Assembly: GCF_023055435.1 (NCBI RefSeq)
Contig: NW_025964361.1
Coordinates: 31,558,001-31,622,000 of the forward strand
DNA from: Haliotis rufescens
Taxonomy: Eukaryota
DNA: 64,000 nt
Direction: 5' to 3'
In this document: in pieces, positions 37,901-50,879 of the stretch
Layout: the number at the start of each line of letters is the position of its first letter
How positions within the stretch are numbered: position 1 is the first letter of the stretch
The notes under the pieces: generated by a model
Databases searched by the model: none
The model's input: only the letters and a program-made list of their open reading frames with translations
What the model was told of the DNA's origin: nothing
Program-made: the position numbers and the translations under genes

Positions 37901-38729
37901 TTTTAAATTGAAAACATCAAAAGCAGACAGTGTTATTGTTGCAAAAGGGGGCGATATGCTAACATTCGTATTATGTACATAATACATCTGTCACTTGTTA
38001 TTCTAGTGTCAGTCACACAATCAAACAGCCAACAAAGGAGTCTGTCAGTGGTATAGATTATCTTCCTCTACGCATAAATACATGTACACGTCCTTGTTAA
38101 AACAAACTCTCCACCATTATTCATAGAAAACCCTTATCAGTCCACTCAGCTGTTGTCATGTCACAAAGACAGATATATGATGGAGTGTTTATCAGTATGT
38201 AAATTGAGACGTCATTGACTTGCGTACATTTACAATTTTACTACACCAGGTGTCAGCTCAACTATATGTGAAAGTCGTTGATAATATTAGTCGGGGAAAT
38301 TAAATTAGTACCAACTATGAAATTCCAGGAAAAAAGGATATTCGTTTTCAAATATATTTTTTTTTATATGATGACATGATGATGGCACATTTGCGTGCCA
38401 AAGTAATTTAAAAAAGAAAAGAACTTTTATAATTGATAATTCAATTGCATTGTAGACAGCCAGTCGCCTATACGTGTATTTAAATAGAATTAGCACATGT
38501 ACATAAACAGGCTCTTCAATGATTACAAAATGTAATGTGATCGAACACATTCTCGACTGGATGTACAACAAAAAAGTCTCGATAAGCTTTTTGTATTTCC
38601 AAATAAAGATCCACATACATGTACATTTTGTGTAGGCATTTCTAAAGTTTCTAAAGTGTGTTATAAAACTCCGTGAGTGGCAACACAGTTTTATTTGTTT
38701 TAATCAAGTTATAACATGAAAGTAATTTT

Positions 38730-38850
38730 GTATGAGCCTCGTGTTGGATTAAAGACTCAACTGGACATACAGATACCAGTCCGTTTGTTCTCAAATGCAT
38801 TTTGAGTTTGACAGTTTGTGGCCCTTTCACCTTTTGTTCTGCAACACACT
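38730..38850 (-). pseudogene. Decayed EGF-like repeat
   Basis: TNCQ..NKRTGICMSS*, resembling C...TG.C...C. Confidence 0.3.
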
Positions 38851-39017
38851 ATATGTGTAGTGTTCTTACGTGTGTTTTCTCTTATACGTAATATAGAATT
38901 TAGATTCCCCATGGCAAATTAAAGTAATGATAATGACAAACATGTCAAGTTTATCTTTCATACACTATTCTCAACACCACAAAGGAGAGTGTTGGGTAGC
39001 CAAGCAGTAGAAGTTTC

Positions 39018-39123
39018 TGTGTGTGTGAGTGAGTTTGACAATATGCCAGCATCATCACGACGTATCGATGAGACAATCGAACGGTCTTCGCCGTGATGAG
39101 CGAACGATTTAACCACTGAGCTA
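39018..39123 (-). mobile_element. SINE family 2, deleted copy
   Basis: ggtcttcgccgtgatgagcgaacgatttaaccactgagcta. Confidence 0.65.
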
Positions 39124-39229
39124 TCAGATTCATAAATTCCGTAGGGCAACCCTTTCATCAAGAAACTATAACCGCAACAACAGCAACGTGTTGTGACATT
39201 TTTTTATATTTTGGTGAAAAGGTTGTGTC

Positions 39230-39720
39230 GTCTTTACTGCACCGGGATTACCATTTATTATATCGACCCAACCAGACCACTACATCCCCTTGGTGGCATG
39301 AACGTCGTTCAAGAGATTCAGGAACAGCATCACTGTCCACACTGTTTCACATCTTGTGCTGGTCTCAGGGAGTCATGTAAATGCCTCGTTCATCTTTACA
39401 ATAATGAAAGATCGCTGTACGAAGATGGCAATCCCTAGGGAGGGTATATTTGGATGGATGTTTAATTGATATTTAGATATACAGTAGAGAGGGAGAGTAC
39501 CACATATATCAACAGTGGCGGTAATTATAAAGTATTTTCCTTAACTTATGGGGTTTCGAGTTCCAGTCAGATCACGTCAAGCGGTCGTTTGTCTAACTAA
39601 AAGAACTTTTAAATGCAGTGAGACATCCAGTTCGGGATTCTGCAAATTGGAAGCAGTGAATACTGACAGGAAGTGCTCGTGACGGTCTCCTGACTGAAGT
39701 TGAAAATCTTTATGCTCATG
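39230..39720 (-). pseudogene. Decayed F-type lectin C-terminal half plus EGF-like remnant
   Basis: RHEHFLSVFTASN..PLDVI..GKYFIIT..FHYCKD. Confidence 0.35.
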
Positions 39721-39727
39721 AATTTTT

Positions 39728-41530
39728 TAGCCAAATGCATGAAACACATTAATAGGGACTGATAGACAAGTGTAGAACATAGCCTAATGCATGAAACACG
39801 TTTATGGGGGCTGATAGACAAGTGTAGAACATAGCCTAATGCGTGAAACACGTTTATGGGGGCTGATAGACAAGTGTAGAATATAGCCTAATGCGTGAAA
39901 CACGTTTATGGGGGCTGATAGACAAGTGTAGAACATAGCCTAATGCGTGAAACACGTTTATAGGGACTGATAGACAAGTGTAGAACATAGCCAAATGCAT
40001 GAAACACATTTATAGGGACTGATAGACAAGTGTAGAACATAGCCAAATGCATGAAACACGTTTATAGGGACTGATAGACAACTGTAGAACATAGCCTAAT
40101 GCATGAAACACGTTTATGGGGGCTGATAGACAAGTGTAAAATATAGCCAAATGCATGAAACACGTTGATGGGGGCTGATAGACAAGTGTAGAACATAGCC
40201 AAATGCATGAAACACGTTTATGGGGGCTGATAGACAAGTGTAAAATATAGCCTAATGCATGAAACACGTTTATGGGGACTGATAGACAACTGTAGAACAT
40301 AGCCAAATGCACGAAACACGTTTATGAGGGCTGATAGACAAGTGTAGAACATAGCCAAATGCATGAAACACGTTTATAGGGACTGATAGACAAGTGTAGA
40401 ACATAGCCAAATGCATGAAACACATTTATAGGGACTGATAGACAAGTGTAGAACATAGCCAAATGCATGAAACACGTTTATAGGGACTGATAGACAACTG
40501 TAGAACATAGCCTAATGCATGAAACACGTTTATGGGGGCTGATAGACAAGTGTAAAATATAGCCAAATGCATGAAACACGTTTATGGGGGCTGATAGACA
40601 AGTGTAGAACATAGCCAAATGCATGAAACACGTTTATGGGGGCTGATAGACAAGTGTAAAATATAGCCTAATGCATGAAACACGTTTATGGGGACTGATA
40701 GACAACTGTAGAACATAGCCAAATGCACGAAACACGTTTATGGGGACTGATAGATTAGTGTAGAACATAGCCTAATGCATGAAACACGTTTATGAGGGCT
40801 GATAGACAAGTGTAGAACATAGCCTAATGCATGAAACACGTTTATGGGGATTGATAGATTAGTGTAGAACATAGCCTAATGCATGAAACACGTTTATGGG
40901 GACTGATAGACAACTGTAGAACATAGCCTAATGCATGAAACACGTTAATGGGGATTGATAGATTAGTGTAGAAAATAGCCAAATGCATGAAACACATTTA
41001 TGAGGGCTGATAGACAAGTGTAGAACATAGCCAAATGCATGAAACACGTTTATAGGGATTGATAGATTAGTGTAGAACATAGCCTAATTCATGAAACACG
41101 TTTATGGGGACTGATAGACAAGTGTAGAACATAGCCAAAGGCATGAAACACGTTTATGGGGACTGATAGATTAGTGTAGAACATAGCCAAATTCTTGAAA
41201 CACGTTTATGGGGACTGATAGATTAGTGTAGAACATAGCCAAATTCTTGAAACACGTTTATGGGGACTGAGAGATTAATGTAGTACATAGCCTTATGCAT
41301 GAAACACATTTATTGGGACTGATAGGTTAGTGTAGAACATAGCGAACAGCATGAGACACATTTATGAGGTGTGACAGATTTTGTAGAAGAACATTGCCAC
41401 AAGTATGAACCATCTTCATGTGGATGATAGATTAGTGTAGAACATTGCCAAATATATGTAACAACTTTATAGGGGCTGTAGATCATTGTCAAATGTATAA
41501 AACTTCTTTATGAGGACTGGTAGATTAGTG
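39728..41530. repeat. Minisatellite, 52-bp unit, ~31 good plus ~4 degenerate copies
   Basis: Unit atagccaaatgcatgaaacacgtttatgggggctgatagacaagtgtagaac. Confidence 0.97.
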
Positions 41531-41644
41531 ATTACCTATTCCTAGAACAGACTTAACATGAACTGATATTATCGTGTAAAACACTGATTCTGCACATGCT
41601 TCTATCCGTATTTTATAGTTGAATCACTTCAACTAGTCCTATCA

Positions 41645-41865
41645 AACCTGTCACTTCCCCCGACCCCTGCGCCAGCTTCGTAAACTATTTGAGCACAACC
41701 CCTGCATGACATACTCCGCCAATGTAGAGTTATTATAAATGGTCACATATCGACACATCTGCCCACTACAAGTGGGCGTATTGGTGTAAGGACATAGTGC
41801 GTGTCCTTGAGTGTTTCTTTCCTGAACTCTCCCGTGTCTTACAAACATCGACATTCACTAGTGAG
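41645..41865 (-). pseudogene. Decayed F-type lectin domain C-terminal half
   Basis: SMFV..GHALC..TCSGQMCRYVTIYNNST..EV-QV. Confidence 0.5.
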
Positions 41866-42715
41866 CCCGGGAAAAAACTGATATAGAAGGCCCTTTCATT
41901 CCCGGGATGGTTCTCAAGGTGATTAAACACAGACCCGTTTACATACTTGCATTGGATACATGCGTCGTGCAAATTAGTTCAGCGATTTTTGATCGAGATG
42001 AGAATGGTCTGGGCGTTGAAAGGAACCTTAGTCTGTCAGTCTGGGGTGTACCTACTAATTTTTGTTCACTTAGACATCTTAAATCGATATGTAATTGATC
42101 AGAAAGACTAGACTCGGATCTTATTTACAAAGCAGTAATTGGTGAAATCGACCGGAGAAGGTAACGCTCAGGGTGATAGATAGTTGGAGCAATTTCCACA
42201 GACTGCTAAACTGTGTCTCCAGAGAAACGATGCATCACACTCTTGTTGGCGGCTCTGGGATTAGAAACGACATTCACGTTAGATGTTTATCAGAACATAC
42301 TTAGACGCATTGGTGTTTGTGGTAGCATGTTATCATGTCAACACACATGGACATTCTGGTAATGGCCTATTGTCGTGATTTATCTATTTTGAAATGTTTC
42401 AATGTCCATTTACAACACAAATGTAAAAAGTGTAGCTACATGTATATCACCCATGCATAGGCACTAGAAATGAAAGTATCCCCATAATGTTGTTGACCTT
42501 CTGTTATACATTGGAGTATTCATGTACATACTACTCAAAAGAAGTTAAAGGAGAGTCGATTCCTTCTTTGAGTAGTAAAATATTGTTGAAGAGTGCATTT
42601 TGGTAAATTATGCATTGGCAGATTTTCTAACTAATCTCGGCTCACGTTTTATGACAAATCATTTTCGTAATCATGACACCAACATTAAATCATGATCATG
42701 AACAACTGACTTAGC

Positions 42716-43270
42716 GTGTGTTTTTACGAATGCCACCGGTGGGTCAGGATACGCTAACCTTTTCGCAAACACCTGGTATCATCGCTATTTGATAGTGTTT
42801 CATCAACTCATGCTAATGATGTAGTCGGGGCGGTCGGGTAGCCTAGTGGTTAAAGCGTTTGGTCGTCACGTCCCAAACACATTTTCTATTCTCGACATGG
42901 GTACAATGTGTGAAGCCCATTTCTGGTGTCTCCCGCCGTGATATTGCTGGAATATTGCTAAATGCGGCGTAATGCCATACTCATTCACACACACATGCTA
43001 TAGTCGGAATCGTACACTCGTGGATCGGGTATCGGGTTTCAATTGTTTGACGTTTAATGTTAGACATTTGCAGGACTTTTCCAAATTTGACGCATCAGTG
43101 ACAAAAATCATGTCCGATGCAATACCCTACCATATGTTTCCGTGTTTTTCAGATGAACAACTGACTCGACTTTGTATGTTTTTGTGATGGGTGCCACCGG
43201 TGGGGCAGGGTAGTACTACGCTCACCTTTTCGCAAACACCTGGTGTCATCACTTTGTGATTGTGATGTGT
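42716..43270 (+). mobile_element. Two Penelope-like type B modules, the first split by a SINE
   Basis: tgccaccggtggg..cttttcgcaaacacctggt(a/g)tcatc at 42731 and 43192. Confidence 0.7.
42827..42995 (+). mobile_element. SINE family 2
   Basis: ggggcggtcgggtagcctagtggttaaagcg..gctggaatattgctaaatgcggcgtaa. Confidence 0.88.
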
Positions 43271-43589
43271 AGGATCAAAACCGCGTCCGAGGTTTTGTTT
43301 GGGAAGTATGCCCGCGGAGGAGGGAAAGGGGGGAGGGCCGATAGGAGCGACGCCGTTCGAAATTACAAGAGAACTTCTGACAACCAAAAGGCAACGTTCT
43401 CTGACATACTTAGTATGTTGAAAAAAATGAACTCGCCATCACGTGAAGAAGCTGATCCGAAAAGAGCAGATGACCAATGACCTGAAGACAAACTTATTCG
43501 AACTGTGACTTTCAATTTCAACTAATATCATTAAATAGTTGAGCCATGTTCTGTTGTTGTTTTTTTTCATGCAGAAAGGTAATTCAATA

Positions 43590-43748
43590 CAGAGGGTATT
43601 TTTCGGGACAAAAACCAGGCTTTCAGTAGAAAATCTCCCGGGATTTTTTGCAGAAAGCCCGGGGCTTACCCTAGGAATGCCCGGGGCTTACCCTGGGAAT
43701 GCCCGGTAAACTACCAGTAGAGGTTTAGTCGGTAAAAGAAGACCCTGG
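43590..43748. mobile_element. Possible small MITE with an internal tandem repeat
   Basis: Imperfect inverted ends cagagggtattttt / aaaagaagaccctg; gcccggggcttaccct(a/g)ggaat twice. Confidence 0.35.
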
Positions 43749-43779
43749 CGAGACAATAGAGTGACGTCACTAGAGGTTT

Positions 43780-43885
43780 ATAATCATGAATCATACTCAT
43801 GATACAGTCGGATTCGTACAATCGACTCTGCTTTTAGCAGAGATTTCATGATTAATTGAATATGGAAAGGGTTTTGTCGCTTTTA
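43780..43885 (+). mobile_element. Penelope-like element 3' module, type B distal part
   Basis: agtcggattcgtacaatcgactctgcttttagcagaga..ggaaagggttttgtcgctttta. Confidence 0.65.
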
Positions 43886-44374
43886 TATAATGATTTTATA
43901 ACCACTTTTATCATGTTATACTTCAATGAAACTTCTGTAGGTTGGCCACGACAAGTACATGTAACACAATGGGTCAAAAATTAAGTTCACGGAAACTCCA
44001 CTCTTTCCTAGAAATTCATCAGGGTATAGTTACTTCAAGAATACTAGAACATTAATTAATAATGGAAAACCTGTTACAATCCTTAATACTATTTGGCTTA
44101 ATAAAAACTCGTGTATCATAATCTGAGGATTCAAAGCATCAGGTTATTAACGTAAAGCACAGATAATGAATCAGGAACCAGATATGTATCGCATACTAAT
44201 AGGCCTGGCTGTCCTACTGCGTTTCAACTTATAGATTTGCATTGTATACTACCTTTAAATTAAACAAAAACGGCTACATCAATTGATATCTGGCTTAATA
44301 TTTCCCATGGAGTCATATTTCGGATGGGATATACATATATGGGCTGCTGGGAATTTTATTGTAGTAGTGGAAGG

Positions 44375-45046
44375 NNNNNNNNNNNNNNNNNNNNNNNNNN
44401 NNNNNNNNNNNNNNNNNNNNNNNNNNNNNNNNNNNNNNNNNNNNNNNNNNNNNNNNNNNNNNNNNNNNNNNNNNNNNNNNNNNNNNNNNNNNNNNNNNNN
44501 NNNNNNNNNNNNNNNNNNNNNNNNNNNNNNNNNNNNNNNNNNNNNNNNNNNNNNNNNNNNNNNNNNNNNNNNNNNNNNNNNNNNNNNNNNNNNNNNNNNN
44601 NNNNNNNNNNNNNNNNNNNNNNNNNNNNNNNNNNNNNNNNNNNNNNNNNNNNNNNNNNNNNNNNNNNNNNNNNNNNNNNNNNNNNNNNNNNNNNNNNNNN
44701 NNNNNNNNNNNNNNNNNNNNNNNNNNNNNNNNNNNNNNNNNNNNNNNNNNNNNNNNNNNNNNNNNNNNNNNNNNNNNNNNNNNNNNNNNNNNNNNNNNNN
44801 NNNNNNNNNNNNNNNNNNNNNNNNNNNNNNNNNNNNNNNNNNNNNNNNNNNNNNNNNNNNNNNNNNNNNNNNNNNNNNNNNNNNNNNNNNNNNNNNAGTA
44901 NNNNNNNNNNNNNNNNNNNNNNNNNNNNNNNNNNNNNNNNNNNNNNNNNNNNNNNNNNNNNNNNNNNNNNNNNNNNNNNNNNNNNNNNNNNNNNNNNNNN
45001 NNNNNNNNNNNNNNNNNNNNNNNNNNNNNNNNNNNNNNNNNNNNNN
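44375..45046. other. Assembly gap flanked by (GTA)n
   Basis: Run of N with gta repeats on both sides. Confidence 1.
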
Positions 45047-45056
45047 AAACTCAGTC

Positions 45057-45057
45057 T

Positions 45058-45091
<34 letters not shown>

Positions 45092-45115
45092 TGTAGTAGT
45101 TGTAGTAGTAGTAGT
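45057..45115. repeat. (GTA)n microsatellite, poly-Thr on the minus strand
   Basis: Visible. Confidence 0.95.
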
Positions 45116-45199
45116 CTCGGTCGTAGAAAGACAAAACGTAGTGTTAAGGTTTGGAAAAAGGCCTAATGGTAACAGACGGCTGATCACGTGGAGGACGGT

Positions 45200-46250
45200 A
45201 CACCAGGACCGATTGTGAGCGTCCACTCTGCCAGCCCGACGTGAGGCAAGTCTCTCTGTCAACCTTCCTTGGTCACGTTGTGTAGGGAGAACTGGTGTAA
45301 GGTCGATGATCCACGTACATGTGGACACATAAATACGTCTACGTAAGATCAACGATGTATGTAGGTGCTAATTTACGTCAATTCGAAAAAAATGGAATCG
45401 ATTTTAAAATATTTGAAAAGGCATTGACCGTACACAATGGTTGTCCATGTCCTGTATCTAAGTGGTTGTTGGGTTCTCTTTTCGATCAGCGCTTCAAAAC
45501 CTACCACTTCTTTTGCTAAAAGGGGTCATACAATTTTTTTACGCTTTTCAAATATCTACTCAGCCCGACGAACATTTTTGTAATGGAGACTCCTATTACC
45601 CCTTTTGTTGCACACTTGACATTTCAAGATGTGATGTACCATACAGTATACCAATATACGCCAATGCTATTGGTGCGTTGACATTTAACGCAATCATTTA
45701 TGCAATGTTTATTAAATATATTTCCGATTCAGCTAATAACATTTAAGAAATGTTTGAAACCAACAGATCAATACAGTTAGACCCACGTACTACAAAAGTT
45801 ACCACACCGTGGAGGATAGCTATTTGAGCACAATGTTGTGAACATGAAACATAAACACGGCGATGCTTGCTAAAAGCTGAAATCCATACCTCAATCCTGT
45901 CATCATTAACGAGTGCGAAATCGTGTCCACCGGAAGTGCTCGTCAAGGTTCCAACATCTTCATCGTCATATTCATCATATTCATCATATTCATCAGTTAT
46001 GAGAAGATGGTCCCTAAGTCGGTAATGAGCGAAGGCCCCCTTGAAAGCCTATTGATACAACCCTAAATACTCCTTCCAATCGGTTGTTCATAAATTAGCA
46101 TATTTTCCTCGGGTAATTGTTATGTTGCATGCCAACACCCTCACTTTGGTTCATGACCGGGATAGCGAAAGACACAACTGACTTAATCACTTCGCTATCT
46201 CGGTCCCTGGTCAAGTTGGTTATACTCCTCTGACCTTGGTCCCGATAATT
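45200..46250 (-). pseudogene. Decayed lectin-EGF coding remnant, one or two F-type domains
   Basis: WKEYLG..HYR..GNFC..VLICWFQTF (cf. V*ICLHQTF near 1600), MSSV, VDVFMC, CLTSGWQ. Confidence 0.35.
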
Positions 46251-46492
46251 AGAAAAAATATATAAATTTGTATTGAGTACACTTCTGTTTGTGGACAACA
46301 AAGGTAAAAAGAAAGCAAGAAATCCCACATTCATACAAACGGGTATAATACATATAAACAAAAACAATGGAACTCATCTTCTCCATGCTCAATATTAGAT
46401 CATATTACAGACTAAGTCCCGGAAGTGATGCGAACAGCATCTGTACTGAGCTAACAGGGCATGACATATATGAAGAGATATAAATAAATACA

Positions 46493-46665
46493 ACACGTCA
46501 ACGCCAGAGAATATTGAGTCTTGATTACCTACCGAAATAGATTTCTTTGGGCGTAAAGGTATAATAGCGGTAACCATTGTGGATCGTTGAAAATCGGTGT
46601 TGACACCAGGTGTTCGCGATAAGAGTAGGTATGTCCTACCCCACTATTGGCACCCACTACTCACG
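46493..46665 (-). mobile_element. Penelope-like element 3' module, type A
   Basis: acgtcaacgccagagaata..tgacaccaggtgttcgcga..ggcaccc. Confidence 0.65.
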
Positions 46666-47292
46666 CAATTTGCACAAAAAAGTAAGTGTGTGTGTGTACT
46701 CCTGCCATAACGACGGCGGCTTGTTAACAATCGAGTCAAATGATGGACTGACATAAGTGAAAGCACTGATGTTGTGTTATATAATGAATATAATATTTCT
46801 TAAGCCAAGAAACAAGGAAACATTCCATTCAGGACGATGAGCACATTTCCCCGCATCATAAATTCTGTTTTGAAAGAATGAATACACTCAAGATACTGGT
46901 CCCCCTAAACATACCCCAAACCAAACTGAATTTACTACGATTAATGGATCGTTGAAAATCGGTGATGACACCAGGTGTTCGCGACAAAAGTAGGTATGTC
47001 CTACCTTACTATTGGCACCCCTTACTCACGCAATTTGCACAAAAGTACTCCTGCCATAACGACGCCGGCTTGTAACAATCGAGTCAAATGATGGACTGAC
47101 ATAAGCGAAAGCACTGATGTTGTTTTATAAATAAATATTATATTTCTTTAGCCAAGAAACAAGGAAACATTCCATTCTGGATGATGAGCACATTCCCCCG
47201 CATCATAAATTCTGTTTTGAAAGAATGAATACAATCAAGATACTGGTGCCCCTGAACATACCCCAAACAAAACTGAATTTATGATGATTAAT
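46579..47292. repeat. Direct tandem duplication, ~360-bp unit, two copies
   Basis: 46579-46943 is highly similar to 46944-47292. Confidence 0.9.
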
Positions 47293-47359
47293 ATCAATAA
47301 CGCTTCCTGGTTAGACGTGTATCTCGAATTCATTAAACGCTCACATTAGCGTACTTAGT

Positions 47360-47830
47360 TCACCGTAATTACATTCACACACCGAGAGAAATCTTTTTCA
47401 CAAACAGAGAAGCGGCAATATTGCTTAACTGTCCTGTTTATTTAGTTTACAAACACAAATGTGGTCATGTTTTGATTAAAAGGAGCATTTAATTCTTTTC
47501 GCACCCGAATCAACTCGTTTGTCAGTTTTATGTTCGCGGTATCGGCACTCAATGAATTCAGATTTTCGGGACCATTGTCCGAAACCGTCACTGTAAACCC
47601 TTATAACACAATAAACGCATCGCGTCCATTACCGAAAAAAATGGGAAAATTGGCTCTATGCAACAAACACTATAATTTCCAATTAACGTCAACATGTGTT
47701 AAGAAATGGAATATACTGTTTTAAAAACGTGGAATATTATAACTGTACTTACGAGTTGAAAGATTCCCGCTTTACTCTGGCGACAAACAGGAAAGGATTG
47801 ACATTTCCGACAATGTTATTGCTCACTGTG
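47360..47830 (-). pseudogene. Decayed F-type lectin domain exon
   Basis: NNIVG..QSKA..IIFH..YIPFL-HVDV..GFTVTVSDN..FSVCEK..C..NYG. Confidence 0.45.
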
Positions 47831-48191
47831 TGTTCAGCCTATAGGTATTTTTATACTCACCAGATTGTGTTAAAAGCACCAACTGCAAAGGCATGGCCAT
47901 TGATTAAATCAATATAACAGGGTGTGTACTGCACGCTATAATCAGGATACAATTATATATAAGTAATCGAAAACTGGAACAATTTCCCAGTTAGTGTGTT
48001 ATTCACATCCATAATATTTGCATATTTATTCAAATAGTTAAATGTTACACAGAACTGCCTTCATGTAGACACGCCTGCGGCAGTTGGACGCGGCTGGTTA
48101 GAAGGTCTCGGTGTTGGCAAGACTCTCAACAGCGGCTGTAGCAACAGTTTTCACCCCTCCACTACCACTGCGTGCGATCGCTGTGCAGCTG

Positions 48192-48400
48192 AATAAAAGC
48201 GACAAACCCCTTTCGGTATTCATAAGAAATATCCGATAAAAACCGAGTGGATTGTCCGATTCCGATTATATCATGAGCATGTGTTTATGAATCACTATCA
48301 AATAGTGATGACACCAGGTGTTCGCGAAAAGGCGATATCATCATGTCTTACCGGTGGCACCGTCACACACACACATGCAAGCACGTCATATATTGAGTAG
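48192..48400 (-). mobile_element. Penelope-like element 3' module, type B
   Basis: aataaaagcgacaaacccc..atagtgatgacaccaggtgttcgcgaaaagg..ccggtggcaccgtcac. Confidence 0.7.
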
Positions 48401-48659
48401 GTACAGTCAAGCCATCCAATCGGGATTGGCACAGGAACACCATGCATCCACCAAACATGCAACACAAACAATGGTTAATTGTGTAAGTGACTGTATATGA
48501 GACCGAATATTCATTACACGCTACAAGTGGCGATAATGATATAGAAAATGCTACCATGTTGATCCCACTTCTTACCAAATGAAAATCTGCTTATAGAATT
48601 CCCAAACTTTTTGATGCTGTCAAACTGAGTACATGATTATCAGTCGTAAGAATTTACCA

Positions 48660-49075
48660 TTACTGAGTTGTATTTGTGGGACGAAATGTGTCCCTGAGAC
48701 AGTAACTCTCTGTAGGACCTTGAATGTGATGTACAACCAGGACGAACTTCCCGTGGAAAGTCTTTACGGCACATATACCTAACTTGACGTCCACAAACAA
48801 TCTGACAGTGGTTAAATGTTGACAAAGTCTGTCGTCGACGAGGAAAGGCTGGTGGGAAAATGGTTCCACAATATTACATCCGGCAAGATGGACATTGGAA
48901 GCCATAGCAATGTCCCTGCAAACGGGCTGATGGTGTATTGTTAGCCAGGTCTGTTTGTAGGCGTTTTTCAGCAGTAACCTCATCAATGGCAACTGCCGCG
49001 GGATCATTCCCCCATCGTTGTCTGTGTTGCTGTGTTTGGAGGCTGGCTGAGAGCAACGTTGAACACGACGTCCGT
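48660..49075 (-). pseudogene. Decayed F-type lectin domain exon
   Basis: NVALSQP..ATQ..AAVAIDE..TWLTI..VDDRLC..VRYM..YCLRDTF. Confidence 0.5.
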
Positions 49076-49539
49076 AAACACAGCATCTGTTTGTTGCTGA
49101 TGGCGTTGTCGTAACGGAATGGGGGAGATTTGACAGAATGGAATAAGGGAAACATTCCGGATGTTCGTGGTCATTGTGAAGGTGTTAATAGAGTTTATCT
49201 GCCCCGGGCAGCTTGACGTGATGACATTTGGGAGCATTGCAATGAATCATTGTCAATATGCTGAATCTCCCTATCGAACTGGCAAGAGGTGGAATTCCAA
49301 TGGTTTCAAGAAAATGTGAAGTGCAATTAGAAAATGTCAAATAAAGTCATCCTTTGGGATTGAAAACGTGTATATTCAAATATGTGATAAATCGGACTAG
49401 TTACAGAAACTCACAACATCAATATTGAGTTTGTTCAAATTTCAATAAAACCATCAATTTGATAAATGATTTTTCAACAAAACGCACTTGACCAAACACT
49501 ACCAACTGAGCGGCGCAGCTGTGGGATCATGATTCTGTC

Positions 49540-49775
49540 CCTTGAGCATAAAGTATGGCAGGTTGTTGTTCACAATTCAAATAACTCATCCACGACAACT
49601 ATGATTACCAGCTCATATGCATTCATTGGATGAAAACACACTCCGCTCACCATATTTCCTGATACTATATGACTTTATGACAATATTTTAACCCCATCCT
49701 ACTCAGAGCTAGACTACCTCCCCCATGTAACAATATATCCATCATATGACTGAAATACTGCCACGTTGAGGTACA
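49540..49775 (-). pseudogene. Decayed F-type lectin domain N-terminal half
   Basis: LNVAVFQS..DG..GVCFHP..SW*..VDELFEL. Confidence 0.45.
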
Positions 49776-50879
49776 GATTTAAATTGTTTGCATTACTTCG
49801 AAATTCGTATACACTTAAAAAATGGCGCATAAATCTTATTTAGTTATACAATAGTCATATAGTCAATACACTATGTATTATAAATTTTATTTCCACTTCT
49901 TATTCAGAGTAATAGATGACACACAAAAATAGCTAACTGACGACAGCTCACATTATCAACATGCCTGAAACGTGGGCGTCGTTGCAATTGTCGCCATGTC
50001 TTCATCATCTTGTTCTTATGTTCGACACTATCCGAACAAAATTAACGGTTTCTAATACCTAACTATAAACAGAAAATATTTGTTGTTTTTTAACTGAGAT
50101 CTAAAATAATGCAATAAGGCATTTGAAAACTTATCCGTATGCTCTATCATTAGAAAATACGCTGAAACCTGTTTCATGACATCATCAGTACTGAAGTACC
50201 CCGACTTAGGTCACTCCGACCCAATGGCACACACGATACCAGCAAGTAGGCAGTAATTTAACAAACAGCATGATGTTCCTAAATAATCAGAACATATTCT
50301 TGATATTTGTCTTATCGAATAAACGTTGATCTCAATTCCAGCAATATGAACCCATAAGAGAGCACTATCACCGTGCTGCCTTTACTATACATCAGCCAAA
50401 TTACTGCAATTTCACAACATGATATCCCACAGTGATCAAGCATGTACTTGTTTCGTGTATAACTGAATATATGTCCATGCTAATCAAAGTCTATATCACA
50501 GTTCATTGCCCCAGGATTCCTGTTCTAGACTTGTATGTCCCATTGATTTCCTATTCAGTTTAAAAAGCCGCCATACTCGATAGTCAGACCATGACCACGT
50601 CAAAGTCTAGTTATGTAATTAGATTTTACAACTCATGACTTCGCCCGCCGCTATCGCAATGGTAATGTCAAAAGGTAGTACAATCTGTTACAATAACTAT
50701 AAATGTGACAGACAAGTCCTTTGCAGTAATGGGAATTAAATCTGACAAAGTAGATCTGTTTGTCTGACAAATACAGTTTGTAGGTTCAATGTATGCTACG
50801 TTTGACGTAAGGTATAATAGGGATATATAGAGAAATAGTGGATGTAGACAGATAATGTCTGTCTGTTGTGGAGAGTGTG

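Noticed and set aside
43256-43480. GC-richer ORF as a gene or LINE ORF1 start
   Set aside because: Short, with no recognisable domain and no associated ORF2.
44279-45352. Long 280-357 aa ORFs (and those over the gaps at 17.9 and 60.3 kb)
   Set aside because: They are open only because of N runs.
48290-48370. Hammerhead ribozyme or SECIS in the Penelope-like module
   Set aside because: I could not find a CUGAnGA..GAAA core with matching stems or a convincing SECIS fold by eye.
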